Below, one piece after another: positions 63,362 through 64,000 of a stretch of 64,000 nt of DNA. A program made the translations under genes and the position numbers. The notes under the pieces are model-generated. The model did no database searches, was not told the origin of the DNA, and saw only the letters and a program-made list of their open reading frames with translations. Where the stretch lies: assembly GCF_964204645.1 (NCBI RefSeq), contig NC_134029.1:14378950-14442949 (forward strand), in the 5' to 3' direction. Position 1 is the first letter of the stretch, and every line of letters begins with the position of its first letter. This DNA comes from Tubulanus polymorphus (Eukaryota; Animalia; Nemertea).

Positions 63362-64000
63362 CTATGCTCCTGGCTCAACTTAAGTTGAGAGGGGGCATAT
63401 AGATTCACCCCTGTCTGAGTACACTGCCGCCGCAAGTGACGCCTAGAGGCCGCAATTGTTGACCTATTGTTTTCAACTTAATGACAACTTATTAGATGAG
63501 ATTGATTGGAGTGTCTTGTCGATGTTCAGGTTGGGCTAAAGCCCACAACTAAGTTTGAGACTAATCAGTAGGAATAGTGCATAGGCATGGGTTGGGGTAT
63601 ACCAAAGTTTTGCTTATTCAAGGAGATTCTCTATGAGATCACAAGTTGGCTTCTAATTTCAGACCATTATCTGAACAAGAACAGGAAGATTCAAATTATG
63701 GCCACCAGGGGGGCGACATGAAAAACAACGTTAATAGCCTAGAGGCTGCAATTGGTGACCGATTCATTTCAAACTTCGTACACAAGTAGGATATCACTTG
63801 GGCCAGAACCTTATTTAAAATTGGGTCAATTAGATTCAAATTATGGCCACCAGGGGGCTGATATGAAAAACGACGTTAACAGCCTAGAGGCTGCGATTGG
63901 TGACAAATTCATTTCAAACTTAGTACACAAGTAGGATATCACTTCGGCCAGAACCTTATTTAAAATTGAGTTGATTCAATTCAAATTATTGACACCAGGG
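63362..64000 (+). repeat. ~127-bp tandem-repeat Helentron-like element containing a copy of the neighbouring host intron/exon
   Basis: Same head and units as 31800-32390; 63480-63691 duplicates 62993-63203. Confidence 0.8.

Overview
Eukaryotic genomic DNA, most likely from an invertebrate animal (spliceosomal introns, LINEs, a SINE, MITEs); it is not prokaryotic. Bases 1-~14024 are the right part of a decaying, very AT-rich Maverick/Polinton (adintovirus-like) element. It encodes a packaging ATPase, an rve integrase with chromodomain, major and minor capsid proteins, several membrane-type proteins, a Zn-finger protein and a protein-primed PolB. That PolB carries the C-terminal half of a LAGLIDADG intein at polymerase motif C, and almost every viral gene starts with a poxvirus-like T-run/TAAATG motif. 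From 22282 to beyond 63275 lies a host AN1 zinc-finger/UIM gene (ZFAND2B/AIRAPL-like); seven exons were reconstructed by hand. Its introns are full of mobile DNA: an ISL2EU-type transposon, Helentron-like elements, MITEs, Gypsy/LINE fragments, a cluster of TSD-flanked hairpins with hammerhead-ribozyme cores, a retrocopied CCA-bearing tRNA-Ala 3' half, a second AT-rich viral fragment interrupted by a piggyBac, and a partial duplicate of the last visible exon. All calls were made by eye; family names are motif-based and were not checked against any database.
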